A DNA stretch of 36,452 bases from a virus (Duplodnaviria > Heunggongvirae > Uroviricota > Caudoviricetes). Of this stretch, positions 1 to 8,601 are shown piece after piece. Position numbers and translations under genes: made by a program. The DNA lies in IMG/VR virus record IMGVR_UViG_2711768063_000002; one strand, given 5' to 3'. Under the pieces are notes generated by a model. That model was given only the letters and a program-made list of their open reading frames with translations, did no database searches and had not been told where the DNA came from. The first letter of the stretch is position 1; each line of letters opens with the position of its first letter.

Positions 1-1362
1 ATGTTTAAACCGGAACTCCTTTCCCCGGCGGGAACGCTGAAAAATATGCGTTACGCTTTCGCTTATGGCGCAGATGCTGTTTATGCGGGCCAGCCGCGTT
101 ATTCCCTGCGTGTGCGCAACAACGAATTCAACCACGAAAATCTTCAGCTCGGCATCAATGAAGCCCACGCGCTGGGGAAAAAGTTTTATGTCGTGGTCAA
201 CATTGCACCGCACAACGCCAAGCTGAAAACCTTTATCCGTGACCTGAAACCGGTGGTGGAAATGGGGCCGGATGCGCTGATTATGTCCGATCCAGGGCTG
301 ATTATGCTGGTGCGTGAGCACTTCCCTGAAATGCCGATCCACCTTTCGGTGCAGGCTAACGCCGTGAACTGGGCGACGGTGAAATTCTGGCAGCAAATGG
401 GCCTGACCCGCGTGATCCTCTCTCGCGAGCTGTCGCTGGAAGAGATTGAAGAGATCCGCAATCAGGTGCCGGATATGGAGATCGAGATCTTCGTTCACGG
501 CGCGCTGTGCATGGCCTACTCCGGTCGCTGCCTGCTCTCTGGCTATATCAACAAGCGCGACCCGAACCAGGGCACCTGCACCAACGCCTGCCGCTGGGAG
601 TACAACGTCCAGGAAGGGAAAGAAGATGATGTTGGCAACATCGTACACAAGTACGAGCCGATTCCGGTGCAAAATGTTGAGCCGACGCTGGGTATCGGCG
701 CACCAACCGACAAAGTGTTTATGATCGAAGAGGCCCAGCGTCCGGGCGAGTATATGACCGCGTTTGAAGATGAGCACGGCACTTACATCATGAACTCGAA
801 AGATCTGCGCGCCATCGCCCATGTAGAACGCCTGACCAAAATGGGCGTGCATTCGCTGAAAATCGAAGGTCGTACCAAATCTTTCTACTATTGTGCACGC
901 ACCGCACAGGTTTACCGCAAAGCTATCGATGACGCCGCTGCGGGAAAACCGTTCGATACCAGCCTGCTGGAAACTCTGGAAGGTCTGGCGCATCGTGGCT
1001 ATACCGAAGGTTTCCTGCGTCGTCATACTCACGACGATTATCAGAACTACGAATACGGTTATTCAGTTTCTGACCGCCAGCAGTTTGTTGGTGAGTTTAC
1101 CGGTGAGCGCAAGGGGGACCTCGCGGCGGTAACGGTGAAAAATAAATTCTCCGTTGGCGACAGCCTTGAGCTGATGACGCCGCAAGGCAACATTAATTTT
1201 ACCCTTGAGCACATGGAAAACGCCAAAGGCGAAGCTATGCCGATAGCACCAGGCGATGGTTATACTGTGTGGCTCCCGGTCCCGCAGGATCTTGAGCTCA
1301 ATTACGCGCTGCTGATGCGTAATTTCTCCGGGGAAACCACGCGTAATCCCCACGGTAAGTGA
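1..1362 (+). CDS. yegQ: Host peptidase U32-family protein YegQ (453 aa), complete
   Basis: ORF begins MFKPELLSPAGTLKNMRYAFAYGADAVYAGQPRYSLRVRNNEF, recognised as E. coli YegQ; TGA stop at 1360-1362; GC-balanced host-like codon usage. Confidence 0.9.
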   Translation: MFKPELLSPAGTLKNMRYAFAYGADAVYAGQPRYSLRVRNNEFNHENLQLGINEAHALGKKFYVVVNIAPHNAKLKTFIRDLKPVVEMGPDALIMSDPGLIMLVREHFPEMPIHLSVQANAVNWATVKFWQQMGLTRVILSRELSLEEIEEIRNQVPDMEIEIFVHGALCMAYSGRCLLSGYINKRDPNQGTCTNACRWEYNVQEGKEDDVGNIVHKYEPIPVQNVEPTLGIGAPTDKVFMIEEAQRPGEYMTAFEDEHGTYIMNSKDLRAIAHVERLTKMGVHSLKIEGRTKSFYYCARTAQVYRKAIDDAAAGKPFDTSLLETLEGLAHRGYTEGFLRRHTHDDYQNYEYGYSVSDRQQFVGEFTGERKGDLAAVTVKNKFSVGDSLELMTPQGNINFTLEHMENAKGEAMPIAPGDGYTVWLPVPQDLELNYALLMRNFSGETTRNPHGK

Positions 1363-1393
1363 TTAATTTCGATTATTTTTCCCGGATGGAAAA

Positions 1394-1446
1394 TTCTTAG
1401 AAACCGATCACATACAGCTGCATTTATTAAGGTTATCATCCGTTTC
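1394..1446 (+). promoter_or_regulatory. Candidate CRP-dependent promoter of cyaR: CRP-like site TTAGA-N6-TCACA (1397..1412) and -10 TATCAT (1434..1439)
   Basis: TCACA half-site at 1408-1412 and weaker TTAGA half at 1397-1401, centred about 42 nt upstream of the proposed sRNA 5' end; TATCAT lies 8 nt upstream of 1447. The transcription start is assumed from the known sRNA, not measured. Confidence 0.4.
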
Positions 1447-1533
1447 GCTGAAAAACATAACCCATAAAATGCTAGCTGTACCAGGAACCACCTCCTTAGC
1501 CTGTGTAATCTCCCTTACACGGGCTTATTTTTT
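1447..1533 (+). ncRNA. cyaR: Small regulatory RNA CyaR (RyeE), about 87 nt, ending in an intrinsic terminator
   Basis: Sequence GCTGAAAAACATAACCCATAAAATGCTAGCTGTACCAGGAACCACCTCCTTAGCCTGTGTAATCTCCCTTACACGGGCTTATTTTTT matches my recollection of E. coli CyaR, including the CACCTCCTT anti-SD-like seed and the terminator hairpin GTGTAA...TTACAC plus T6. Position between yegQ and ogr is as in E. coli K-12. Confidence 0.75.
1507..1533. repeat. Prophage att core, ogr-proximal copy (27 bp, AATCTCCCTTACACGGGCTTATTTTTT)
   Basis: Exact 27-bp direct repeat of 35950..35976. It is the reverse complement of the P2 att core AAAAAATAAGCCCGTGTAAGGGAGATT as I recall it, and overlaps the cyaR terminator. Confidence 0.85.
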
Positions 1534-1597
1534 ACGCGTAATTCAATGAAATAAAAGGATTTATTTCTGGTCACGTCCACACATTGACCACATCGAC

Positions 1598-1625
1598 AAA
1601 AAAGCCCCTCGACTGAGGGGCTTTC
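1598..1625 (-). terminator. Intrinsic terminator downstream of ogr
   Basis: Read on the minus strand: GCCCCTC-AGTC-GAGGGGC hairpin (7-bp GC-rich stem) followed by TTTTTTG, 10 nt after the ogr stop. Confidence 0.6.
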
Positions 1626-1634
1626 TGTTTGTAA

Positions 1635-1853
1635 TTACATCCACATAATTTGCTGCCCTGACGGTAACGGGTGCGGCCTTACGGCGTGGACTTCTCCCGG
1701 CTTCACGATGTATCTCTGTACCGACTCATAGGTGATGAACGTGGCGCTGCAATTCACGTTCTGGCACTGGTGATAACGCTCTTTTGTCGTGTCAGTGATA
1801 TAGCGGCTTGTACGCGCATGTGCGGCATGCTGGCATAAAGGACAATGAAACAT
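1635..1853 (-). CDS. ogr: Late-gene transcriptional activator Ogr (zinc-finger, 72 aa)
   Basis: MFHCPLCQHAAHARTSRYITDTTKERYHQCQNVNCSATF with the Cys4 motif; the ORF track's 93-aa frame was trimmed to the ATG at 1851-1853. Confidence 0.9.
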   Translation of the reverse strand: MFHCPLCQHAAHARTSRYITDTTKERYHQCQNVNCSATFITYESVQRYIVKPGEVHAVRPHPLPSGQQIMWM

Positions 1854-1934
1854 CGCGAGCACCTCTTCCGGTTTTGTTGATGGTGCCATTTTAGTTAATT
1901 TATCCTTATAAAACAAACAGATAAAATAAAAATA

Positions 1935-3098
1935 TCACTCATCATCTTCTGTTTCGTACTCCACATCAGAAAGCCTGACCTCAAGCTCTAAGGACGTCGT
2001 GAAGCCGCTATTATTCAGAAAATGTGTCACCTTAGTGATTGTCCAGTCCTGCTCGTCTATGACGCGCTTAAAGCCTGATACTTTAACCGGTGTTTCCGTG
2101 TAAATATCAGCCCGACCAGTAGCCAGACTGATGGAGAACTCCGCTACACCCCGTTGCAGCTTATCCCACTTCGCCTGAGCGGCGCGCATGGCCTGTGCTT
2201 TCGTGGCATATACCGTGGTCAGGGCAAAAACGTTATCAGCCTCACCGGCCATGTATTCACCTTCGCGCGCTTCCGGTACTTTTGGCGCTTTCTTCTGCGT
2301 GACCGGTTTCGCTTTCGGGTGCTCCAGTGCGCGCAGGTGTTTTTCTTTCTTTTTGCGTTTCAGTTTTACCTTCTGCTTTTGCGGCTTCGGGTCTTTGGTG
2401 TGAAGCCACTTTGCCGTTACGCCGGTATAGGCTCCACGGTCAGCAATCGCAAAATGATGACGGTCGCCGTCGCTGCGGGTGATGGTAATCTGCGGGATTT
2501 TTTTACCGCTTGCCGTCACCCCCTGCCCCGCTTTGAGAAACAACAGTTTTCCCATTTTTACCGACACCTCACCGCCGTTGCGCTCTGCAAGACGAGTCAG
2601 GAATTTCGCATCAGACTCCTGCGACTGGTCGATGTGCGGAATTTTTATTCCGGCCAGTGACGGAGCGACTCTGGCTTCCAGCCTGTTACGGGAGGCTATC
2701 GCCTCAACAATCGCACCGAGCGTGGTGTCATGCCAGGAGCCTTCACGGCGGGAATTGAGCGTCCCGCGAAAATCTGCACTCCGGGCGCGGATGGTGACCA
2801 CATCCGGTGCGCCCCGGTGTTCAACCTCATCGACGGTAAATTTCCCTTTGCATACCAGGGCAAAACCTTTCCAGCCGATATACACCGTCAGGACAGCGCC
2901 ACGAATCGGTAGTCCGACCTGCCCGTCGGCATCGTTCAGTTCAATATCAAGCTGGTCAGCCTCAAAGCCCCGGTTATCCGTCAGAGTCATGCTCATCAGA
3001 CGGTCGCTGCTATTGCCGGTAATATCCCTGCTGTCGAGCATCAGCATGTAATCCGGCGTCAGCGTACTGCCTGCATCAAATGTCAGTGCATCCAGCAT
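1935..3098 (-). CDS. D: Tail protein D (387 aa)
   Basis: 387-aa ORF beginning MLDALTFDAGSTLTPDYMLMLDSRDITGNSSDRLMSM, same length and position as P2 gpD; ATG verified at 3096-3098. Confidence 0.9.
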   Translation of the reverse strand: MLDALTFDAGSTLTPDYMLMLDSRDITGNSSDRLMSMTLTDNRGFEADQLDIELNDADGQVGLPIRGAVLTVYIGWKGFALVCKGKFTVDEVEHRGAPDVVTIRARSADFRGTLNSRREGSWHDTTLGAIVEAIASRNRLEARVAPSLAGIKIPHIDQSQESDAKFLTRLAERNGGEVSVKMGKLLFLKAGQGVTASGKKIPQITITRSDGDRHHFAIADRGAYTGVTAKWLHTKDPKPQKQKVKLKRKKKEKHLRALEHPKAKPVTQKKAPKVPEAREGEYMAGEADNVFALTTVYATKAQAMRAAQAKWDKLQRGVAEFSISLATGRADIYTETPVKVSGFKRVIDEQDWTITKVTHFLNNSGFTTSLELEVRLSDVEYETEDDE

Positions 3099-3577
3099 TA
3101 TCCCGCCCCCGTCATACCTGTGAATTTAGTCGCCATACTGCCAGCCTTACCGATGAGCGATTCCGCCTGTTTACCGATATCGCCATAAAGCGCGGCCAGT
3201 GATTCGTCAACGCGGGTGAGCGACAGCGTAAAATCAATTTTCCGGGGTGTGCCGTCTGCAAAGAAAATACTCCCTGTTTCACTCACCTTGCTGATGACAT
3301 ACATACCGTAAATCATGCCGGTGCCATCCAGCAACGGCCACGCCCGGCCTTCCTCTGCCATCAGTCTGAGCGTGGTCATCGTCAGCTTGCCGCCGGTCAG
3401 TTCGGGATAAAGCACACCGGCAAGCGTGATGTTTTCCTCGCCCACACCGAGAAACTGAAAGGCATCCCGTTTACCGATACGGGAATTTGACGGCCAGCGA
3501 TAATCTGATTCACGCTGCATGGTCTGGTGTGGCAGCGTCTGGCGCATAAAAACAAACATACCTAACGCGAGCATCAT
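3098..3577 (-). CDS. U: Tail protein U (159 aa)
   Basis: 159-aa ORF between T and D, same length as P2 gpU; its stop overlaps the D start (3098-3100). Confidence 0.85.
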   Translation of the reverse strand: MMLALGMFVFMRQTLPHQTMQRESDYRWPSNSRIGKRDAFQFLGVGEENITLAGVLYPELTGGKLTMTTLRLMAEEGRAWPLLDGTGMIYGMYVISKVSETGSIFFADGTPRKIDFTLSLTRVDESLAALYGDIGKQAESLIGKAGSMATKFTGMTGAG

Positions 3578-3591
3578 TTTTCGTCACCTCC

Positions 3592-6039
3592 TTAACCGTC
3601 ATGCATCATGCTGGCACGGGCGCGCGCACGTTTATCCCGCTCGTATTTTTCGAGCGCATCCTGTAACTGGCGGTCAAGCTGTGTCCCCGGCGCAGTACCA
3701 CCCGTCAGGCTGATGTGATATTCGTTTTTACTCTGGTCCACATAAGAGCGGCCAGCCGGTGCCGTGACCGGCTGATAAGCCTGATAGCCTGCATAAGAGC
3801 TGGTCGCCGGAATATAACCACCGGTGCCATACGTGGCGGCATGAGTTCTGGCGGCGGTCTGGTCAAGTGTGTCTGACTCTTTGTTGATAACACCGAGTTT
3901 TTCCAGTACCCAGTCAATACCGCTGCGCAGTTTGTTGAACGCATTAAGCGGCAGCATCAGCGCGTCAGCCAGTGCCTGCCCGAACATGACGCCCGTGTCA
4001 CGGCAACGGTTCAGGGTGTCCTGTGTGGCTTTAACCGGAGCAATCAGGTTTGTAAACCACTGCCACGCGGCCTGTAACTTTTCGCCCAGCCAGTCAAACA
4101 CCGGCTTAAGTGGCGTGAACAGCTCCCCCACCGGCGCAAATGCCGCTTTCAGCCCTTCAACCACACCGCCAAAGAATGCGCTGACAGGCTCCCAGTATTT
4201 ACGGATAAGCAACGCCCCGGCGACAATGGCAGCCACCACGGCCACAACCGGCCAGCTAATCGCACCGATGGCCGTCATAACGGCACTACCAACCGTCGTG
4301 AAGATTGCCCCCATTGCGCCTGCTGCCGCGATAATGGCATTGATGCCGGTGATAACCGGCCAGGCTACAAGGCCAATGGCACCGATGATGCCAGTCAGCA
4401 CCAGTGCACCGCCGGCAATGATGCCGATGGTTGACGCCAGTGATTTGTTTTTCTGTATCCAGCCGTCGAGTTTTAACACATACTTTGTGGCCGTCTGCGT
4501 GAGCTTACGCAGTGCGCCTTCCTGCTGGTCAAACAGGTCAGTCCCCACCGCCTCATAAGCGGACTGAAACTCCTTAAAGTCACCGCCGAGATTGTCCTGC
4601 ATAATATTTACCAGCTCTGAGGTCTTCCCGTCCGAGGCTTTAAACGCAGCGGTCAGTTTGTCCAGCTTTCCGGTTGAGGCGGCAGTCATCAGCACGGCGG
4701 CGGCTGAGCTGGCCTCCTCCCCGAAAATGGTTTTCATGTATTCAGCCTGCTGGGCAGTACCGAGCCGGTTTTTCTCAAAACTGGCCTGCATTTCTTTCAG
4801 AATGGTAAATACTGGCCGGGTGTTTCCCTTGCTGTCTGAGGTTTTCACTCCAAGCTCTTTGAGTGCATCCCATGCTTTTCCCGTCGGTGCCTGCAGGCGG
4901 CTTAACACGGCACGGCTTCCCGTCCCCGCCATTGAGCCTGTGATTTTTGCATCATGCAGCGCCCCGACCATTGCGGCGGTTTCTTCAATGCTGACACCGG
5001 CATTTTTTGCCACAGGTGCGGCATAGGTCAGCGCATCGCTCATACCGTCAAAATCGGCGGCGGTTTTGTTCATCGTCATGGAGAGAACATCCCCGATATG
5101 AGCAACCTTATCGTTTGAAAGCTGAAAGGCAGATTTCATCCCCATCAGCAGGGCGGCGTTTTCTTCCATCGTGCGACGGTTCGCCAGCGCCATATTCAGC
5201 GTGACCGGCGTTGCCGCCTGAATGGCATCAACATCCCCACCCGCTTTCGCGATGATTATCTGTGCACCGGCCGCATCATCCGCCGAGGCGGCGGTATTGT
5301 CGCCGAGCTGGCGCGCCTGCTTGCGTAGCGCGGCCATTTCGGCGGAGTCTTTTGCCACACCGAGCACGGCCTGTAATTCTGAGTTTTTCTGCGCAAATTC
5401 ATAACCGGGCATCAGCAACTTAACTCCGGCCATCGTTCCCGCCGCCGCAATCCCCACACCAGCAGCGCCCACTGAGGCCATATTTCCGGCCAGTTCCTTG
5501 CCTGCCTGATAACGCTGTTTTACTGCGTTAAGTTTTGCCTGTTGCGCACTGACACGCGCCAGCGCGTCACGCTGACGGTTAAGCTGTGCGGTGGTTTCAC
5601 TGATACGGTTTTTCAGTCCCTGCTCATCATGTGCAAGATTGCGGGTATTAATTCCCACAACGGCCAGTTCCCGCTGCTGGCGTTTAACGGAATCCGTCAG
5701 GCGGTTATATTTCGCCTGTAAGTCCTCCGCCGCACGCTTCGCGGATTCCAGCACTTTCGCCTGAGCACGTGTCGGACGTTCGGTGTTGTTAAACTGTGTG
5801 GCAAGGGCTTCGGCCTCCTGCCGTGCCTTTTCAAGTGCATGACCAGTCACGGCGAGCTGCGCACTGGTCTTGCGAAATCCCTCAATACGGGATGCGTGAC
5901 CGTTCAGCTCGCGCAGTGATTTTTGTGTTTCCCGGATATCCCCCGACAGCGACTTGCTCGCTGTGCGGATGGATTTAAACGGGCGGGATGCCTGGTCAAC
6001 AGCCCTGAGCAATACCTGTAATTTTACATTGTTACTCAT
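3592..6039 (-). CDS. T: Tail tape-measure protein T (815 aa)
   Basis: 815-aa ORF with N-terminal coiled-coil-like region and Gly/Ala-rich hydrophobic segments typical of tape-measure proteins; same length as P2 gpT. Confidence 0.9.
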   Translation of the reverse strand: MSNNVKLQVLLRAVDQASRPFKSIRTASKSLSGDIRETQKSLRELNGHASRIEGFRKTSAQLAVTGHALEKARQEAEALATQFNNTERPTRAQAKVLESAKRAAEDLQAKYNRLTDSVKRQQRELAVVGINTRNLAHDEQGLKNRISETTAQLNRQRDALARVSAQQAKLNAVKQRYQAGKELAGNMASVGAAGVGIAAAGTMAGVKLLMPGYEFAQKNSELQAVLGVAKDSAEMAALRKQARQLGDNTAASADDAAGAQIIIAKAGGDVDAIQAATPVTLNMALANRRTMEENAALLMGMKSAFQLSNDKVAHIGDVLSMTMNKTAADFDGMSDALTYAAPVAKNAGVSIEETAAMVGALHDAKITGSMAGTGSRAVLSRLQAPTGKAWDALKELGVKTSDSKGNTRPVFTILKEMQASFEKNRLGTAQQAEYMKTIFGEEASSAAAVLMTAASTGKLDKLTAAFKASDGKTSELVNIMQDNLGGDFKEFQSAYEAVGTDLFDQQEGALRKLTQTATKYVLKLDGWIQKNKSLASTIGIIAGGALVLTGIIGAIGLVAWPVITGINAIIAAAGAMGAIFTTVGSAVMTAIGAISWPVVAVVAAIVAGALLIRKYWEPVSAFFGGVVEGLKAAFAPVGELFTPLKPVFDWLGEKLQAAWQWFTNLIAPVKATQDTLNRCRDTGVMFGQALADALMLPLNAFNKLRSGIDWVLEKLGVINKESDTLDQTAARTHAATYGTGGYIPATSSYAGYQAYQPVTAPAGRSYVDQSKNEYHISLTGGTAPGTQLDRQLQDALEKYERDKRARARASMMHDG

Positions 6040-6459
6040 TCGTGTTTCCGCTTCGCCGGAGCGCCTTTTCGCGCCATGTGATGAGTTCGGTCAGGCTCAT
6101 GGGATACAGTTCTGATGGCGGCCAGTGAAATATCACTGCCACATCCGCCATCAGGTCATCGACCGAGAGATTTTTCGGAAACGTCACTGCACCGAGTTCG
6201 GCGACAAAAAACCGACCACCTTACCGGCCAGCGCCACAAGGTCAGGCAGTTCCAGCGCGGCGACTTCCTGCTCGGTCAGCATCGGTGCCGTCATGCGCGG
6301 CAGCACTTTAATCAGTGCATCGACTTCGGAGTTCGCGACTGCAGCCAGACTGACACCGCGCAGCGTCCCGGCATTGGGTTTCATCAGCGTGACCTGTTCG
6401 ATAACCTGCTCACCACGTTTGACCGGATTGTCCAGGGTAATGACATTTTCTTTGTTCAT
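6032..6459 (-). CDS. E': Tail assembly chaperone E+E' made by a programmed -1 ribosomal frameshift (about 142 aa)
   Basis: Slippery T6G on the minus strand at about 6205..6212. My manual translation of the -1 frame from that point is open until a TAA at 6032-6034, giving 142 aa (the length I recall for P2 E+E') and overlapping the T start by 8 nt. Confidence 0.7.
6184..6459 (-). CDS. E: Tail assembly chaperone E (91 aa)
   Basis: 91-aa ORF directly upstream of T; ends VVGFLSPNSVQ with the slippery run G GTT TTT TG in its 3' end. Confidence 0.85.
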   Translation of the reverse strand: MNKENVITLDNPVKRGEQVIEQVTLMKPNAGTLRGVSLAAVANSEVDALIKVLPRMTAPMLTEQEVAALELPDLVALAGKVVGFLSPNSVQ

Positions 6460-6515
6460 GGTTTTCTCACTTCTGAATCGGGGTTAACCGGTCAGCCTGG
6501 CTGACCGGATGAAAA

Positions 6516-7034
6516 TTACAGGCCGATATTGCGGCGGTGTTGCTCCAGCCGGTCGACGCCGTTCACCTTCTCAATCATGTTGATGGTGTCGATTTCGACC
6601 AGCTCCTTACCGTCCATCGTCAGCCGGAAATAGGTGCAGACTACGGAGATTTTCGACTCGGTGTCTTCTCCCTGTTTACCCTCGCCGGTGTCGATTTCTT
6701 TCTGACGTCCACGCATGACCACTTCAACGGCCACCGTTTCGCCGGTATCGTCGCGCTGGTAAGAGCCTGCAAAACGAATCGGTACGGCATCCACGCCGGT
6801 TGCGGCGTAAAGCTCCCAGATAACCGAATCCGGGAAGCCCCCGAGTGACCACTCCATTGACAGTGCATCGTCATCAAGGCCGAGGTCTACCGGTGCGCTG
6901 CCGTTCATCCCCGCACCGCGATAGTTTTCGAGCTTACGGGTCAGTTTTGGCAGCGTGACGGACTTTGCAACGCCCTGATAGCTGTAGCCGTTCAGAAAGA
7001 CGTTCATTAACTTGAGTTTGCGCGGCATTGCCAT
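6516..7034 (-). CDS. FII: Tail tube protein FII (172 aa)
   Basis: 172-aa ORF MAMPRKLKLMNVFLNGYSYQGVAKSVTLPKLTRKLENYRGAGMNGSAPVDL; same length and position as P2 FII. Confidence 0.9.
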   Translation of the reverse strand: MAMPRKLKLMNVFLNGYSYQGVAKSVTLPKLTRKLENYRGAGMNGSAPVDLGLDDDALSMEWSLGGFPDSVIWELYAATGVDAVPIRFAGSYQRDDTGETVAVEVVMRGRQKEIDTGEGKQGEDTESKISVVCTYFRLTMDGKELVEIDTINMIEKVNGVDRLEQHRRNIGL

Positions 7035-7046
7035 CGGTCAGGCTCC

Positions 7047-8237
7047 TTAATTGCTGTTAACCGAAGTGACCAGATTTGCCAGGTATTTATCGGTAATACG
7101 CTGGCGCAGGGTCAGGTTTTCAAGAGGAGGCACCGGTGTATAGTCGTAGTCGATATACAGTTTTCCGGCCTTGAGGGTTTCCGCATCGTTGGATTCTTCG
7201 CTGAACCAGCAGGTCGCATCCACGATATAGCCGTTTGTTTTCAGCTCACGGAATTTGGCATTGATGCCGTCAACGATGTCGCGAATCAGCGTTGCTGTGA
7301 TGGGCTTATCCACCGCCCACATATGCGCCTCAGCCATCGTGTCGGCCAGCACCTGCGCGGTGCGGGTGTAGTTTTCAAAGAGGAACAGCGGGTCATCAGA
7401 GCAGGTACGGTTACCCCAGAAGCGGAAACCGTCACGGCGAATCAGCGTTGTGACGCCTGACTCGTTAAGCAGGTCAGCATCGGTGCCGGACTCCTGCAAA
7501 TCCCAGAATACAGATGCGCTGATGCCGGTAACACCGTTTACCCCAACGTTGGACAGCGTTTTATGCCAGCCCTGCTCCTGGTCGATTTTAGCGCGCAGCC
7601 CCAGCGCACGGGCGGTGGCATACGCGGTGGCGGTGGTACTGGTGACCGTATCCCATGCGAGGAAATCCGGCCAGATAACCATCAGTTCACGCTGGCTGAA
7701 ATTCTGGCGGTAGGCTTTCACCTCGGAAATGGTCTTACAGCCCCATGCGCTGATATATCCGAAAGCGCGCAGCTTCTGACAGACTGATGCCAGTGCAACA
7801 GCCACCTCTTTGGTGTCCAGTCCAGGCACGCCGAGAATACGCGGTTTAACACCGGTTACTGACTCCGCCGCCAGCAGGGCTTTCAGTCCGGTGTACTGAC
7901 CGTTTTCGTCGGTGGTGCCGATGATATTGGAAACGGTCTGCGCGAGTTTCGTTTCCTCGTCGTCGCCGGTGCCGTCTTCCACACGCACGACAACGGTGAC
8001 CGGTTTTGACTGGTCGGCGATGGCCTGCAACGATGCCGCCAGCGTGCCTTTTTTACCGGCCTTTGCAATTGCGCTCTGCACATTGGTAATCAGCACAGGT
8101 TTATTGAGGGGGAAGGTTTCCGCATCCGCATCGCTGGCCGTGCAGACCATGCCGACAATGGCCGTGGATACGGTGGAAATGACGCGGGTGCCGTCGTTAA
8201 TCTCCAGCACCTGCACGCCGTGATGATAGTCACTCAT
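7047..8237 (-). CDS. FI: Contractile tail sheath protein FI (396 aa)
   Basis: 396-aa ORF MSDYHHGVQVLEINDGTRVISTVSTAIVGMV; same length and position as P2 FI; ATG verified at 8235-8237. Confidence 0.9.
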   Translation of the reverse strand: MSDYHHGVQVLEINDGTRVISTVSTAIVGMVCTASDADAETFPLNKPVLITNVQSAIAKAGKKGTLAASLQAIADQSKPVTVVVRVEDGTGDDEETKLAQTVSNIIGTTDENGQYTGLKALLAAESVTGVKPRILGVPGLDTKEVAVALASVCQKLRAFGYISAWGCKTISEVKAYRQNFSQRELMVIWPDFLAWDTVTSTTATAYATARALGLRAKIDQEQGWHKTLSNVGVNGVTGISASVFWDLQESGTDADLLNESGVTTLIRRDGFRFWGNRTCSDDPLFLFENYTRTAQVLADTMAEAHMWAVDKPITATLIRDIVDGINAKFRELKTNGYIVDATCWFSEESNDAETLKAGKLYIDYDYTPVPPLENLTLRQRITDKYLANLVTSVNSN

Positions 8238-8330
8238 CCGTTTAACTCCGTGGTTAATGGGTGCAACTATTTTCTGTTGTGCAGAGCATGAGACGCTATT
8301 TGACCTGGCTGGTCAGTGGATGAAACAACA

Positions 8331-8360
8331 GATAAAGAAAAGGCGGGCAATTCGCCCGCC
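8331..8360 (-). terminator. Terminator-like hairpin on the minus strand upstream of the FI late promoter region
   Basis: Minus-strand read GGCGGGC-GAATT-GCCCGCC followed by TTTTCTTTATC; no minus-strand gene ends here. Confidence 0.4.
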
Positions 8361-8532
8361 AGTCCTGATTTGTACTCACTCATTTTCCGACTGATAATTT
8401 ACTTAGCCCAAAAGCCATCAAATCTGACAGTCTGCTTTGAGCGAGGAGCGAAAGTTGGCAGCTGTTATTAATTTCACATATATCCTATTGAAAAATGCCA
8501 ATCAAAAGTAGGTCGATTCAATCAGCTATACA

Positions 8533-8565
8533 TTCACATTCTAAAAATTTGGTAATATGTGAAAT
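8533..8565 (+). promoter_or_regulatory. Candidate sigma70 promoter for the kinase gene with extended -10 (TGgTAATAT at 8550..8558)
   Basis: TG at 8550-8551 then TAATAT at 8553-8558; possible -35 TTCACA at 8533-8538 has a short 14-bp spacer, so the call rests on the extended -10. Lies about 45 nt upstream of the ATG in an A+T-rich intergenic region. Confidence 0.35.
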
Positions 8566-8601
8566 AATGATGCACTGCAAAAGGAACTTATTAACAAAAT
8601 T

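Noticed and set aside
3869-5404. Several plus-strand ORFs (229, 144, 65 and 60 aa) inside the tape-measure gene T
   Set aside because: They are antisense to a well-supported 815-aa gene, have low-complexity Ala/Ser/Thr/Pro-rich translations typical of the reverse strand of GC-rich coding DNA, and lack SD sequences.
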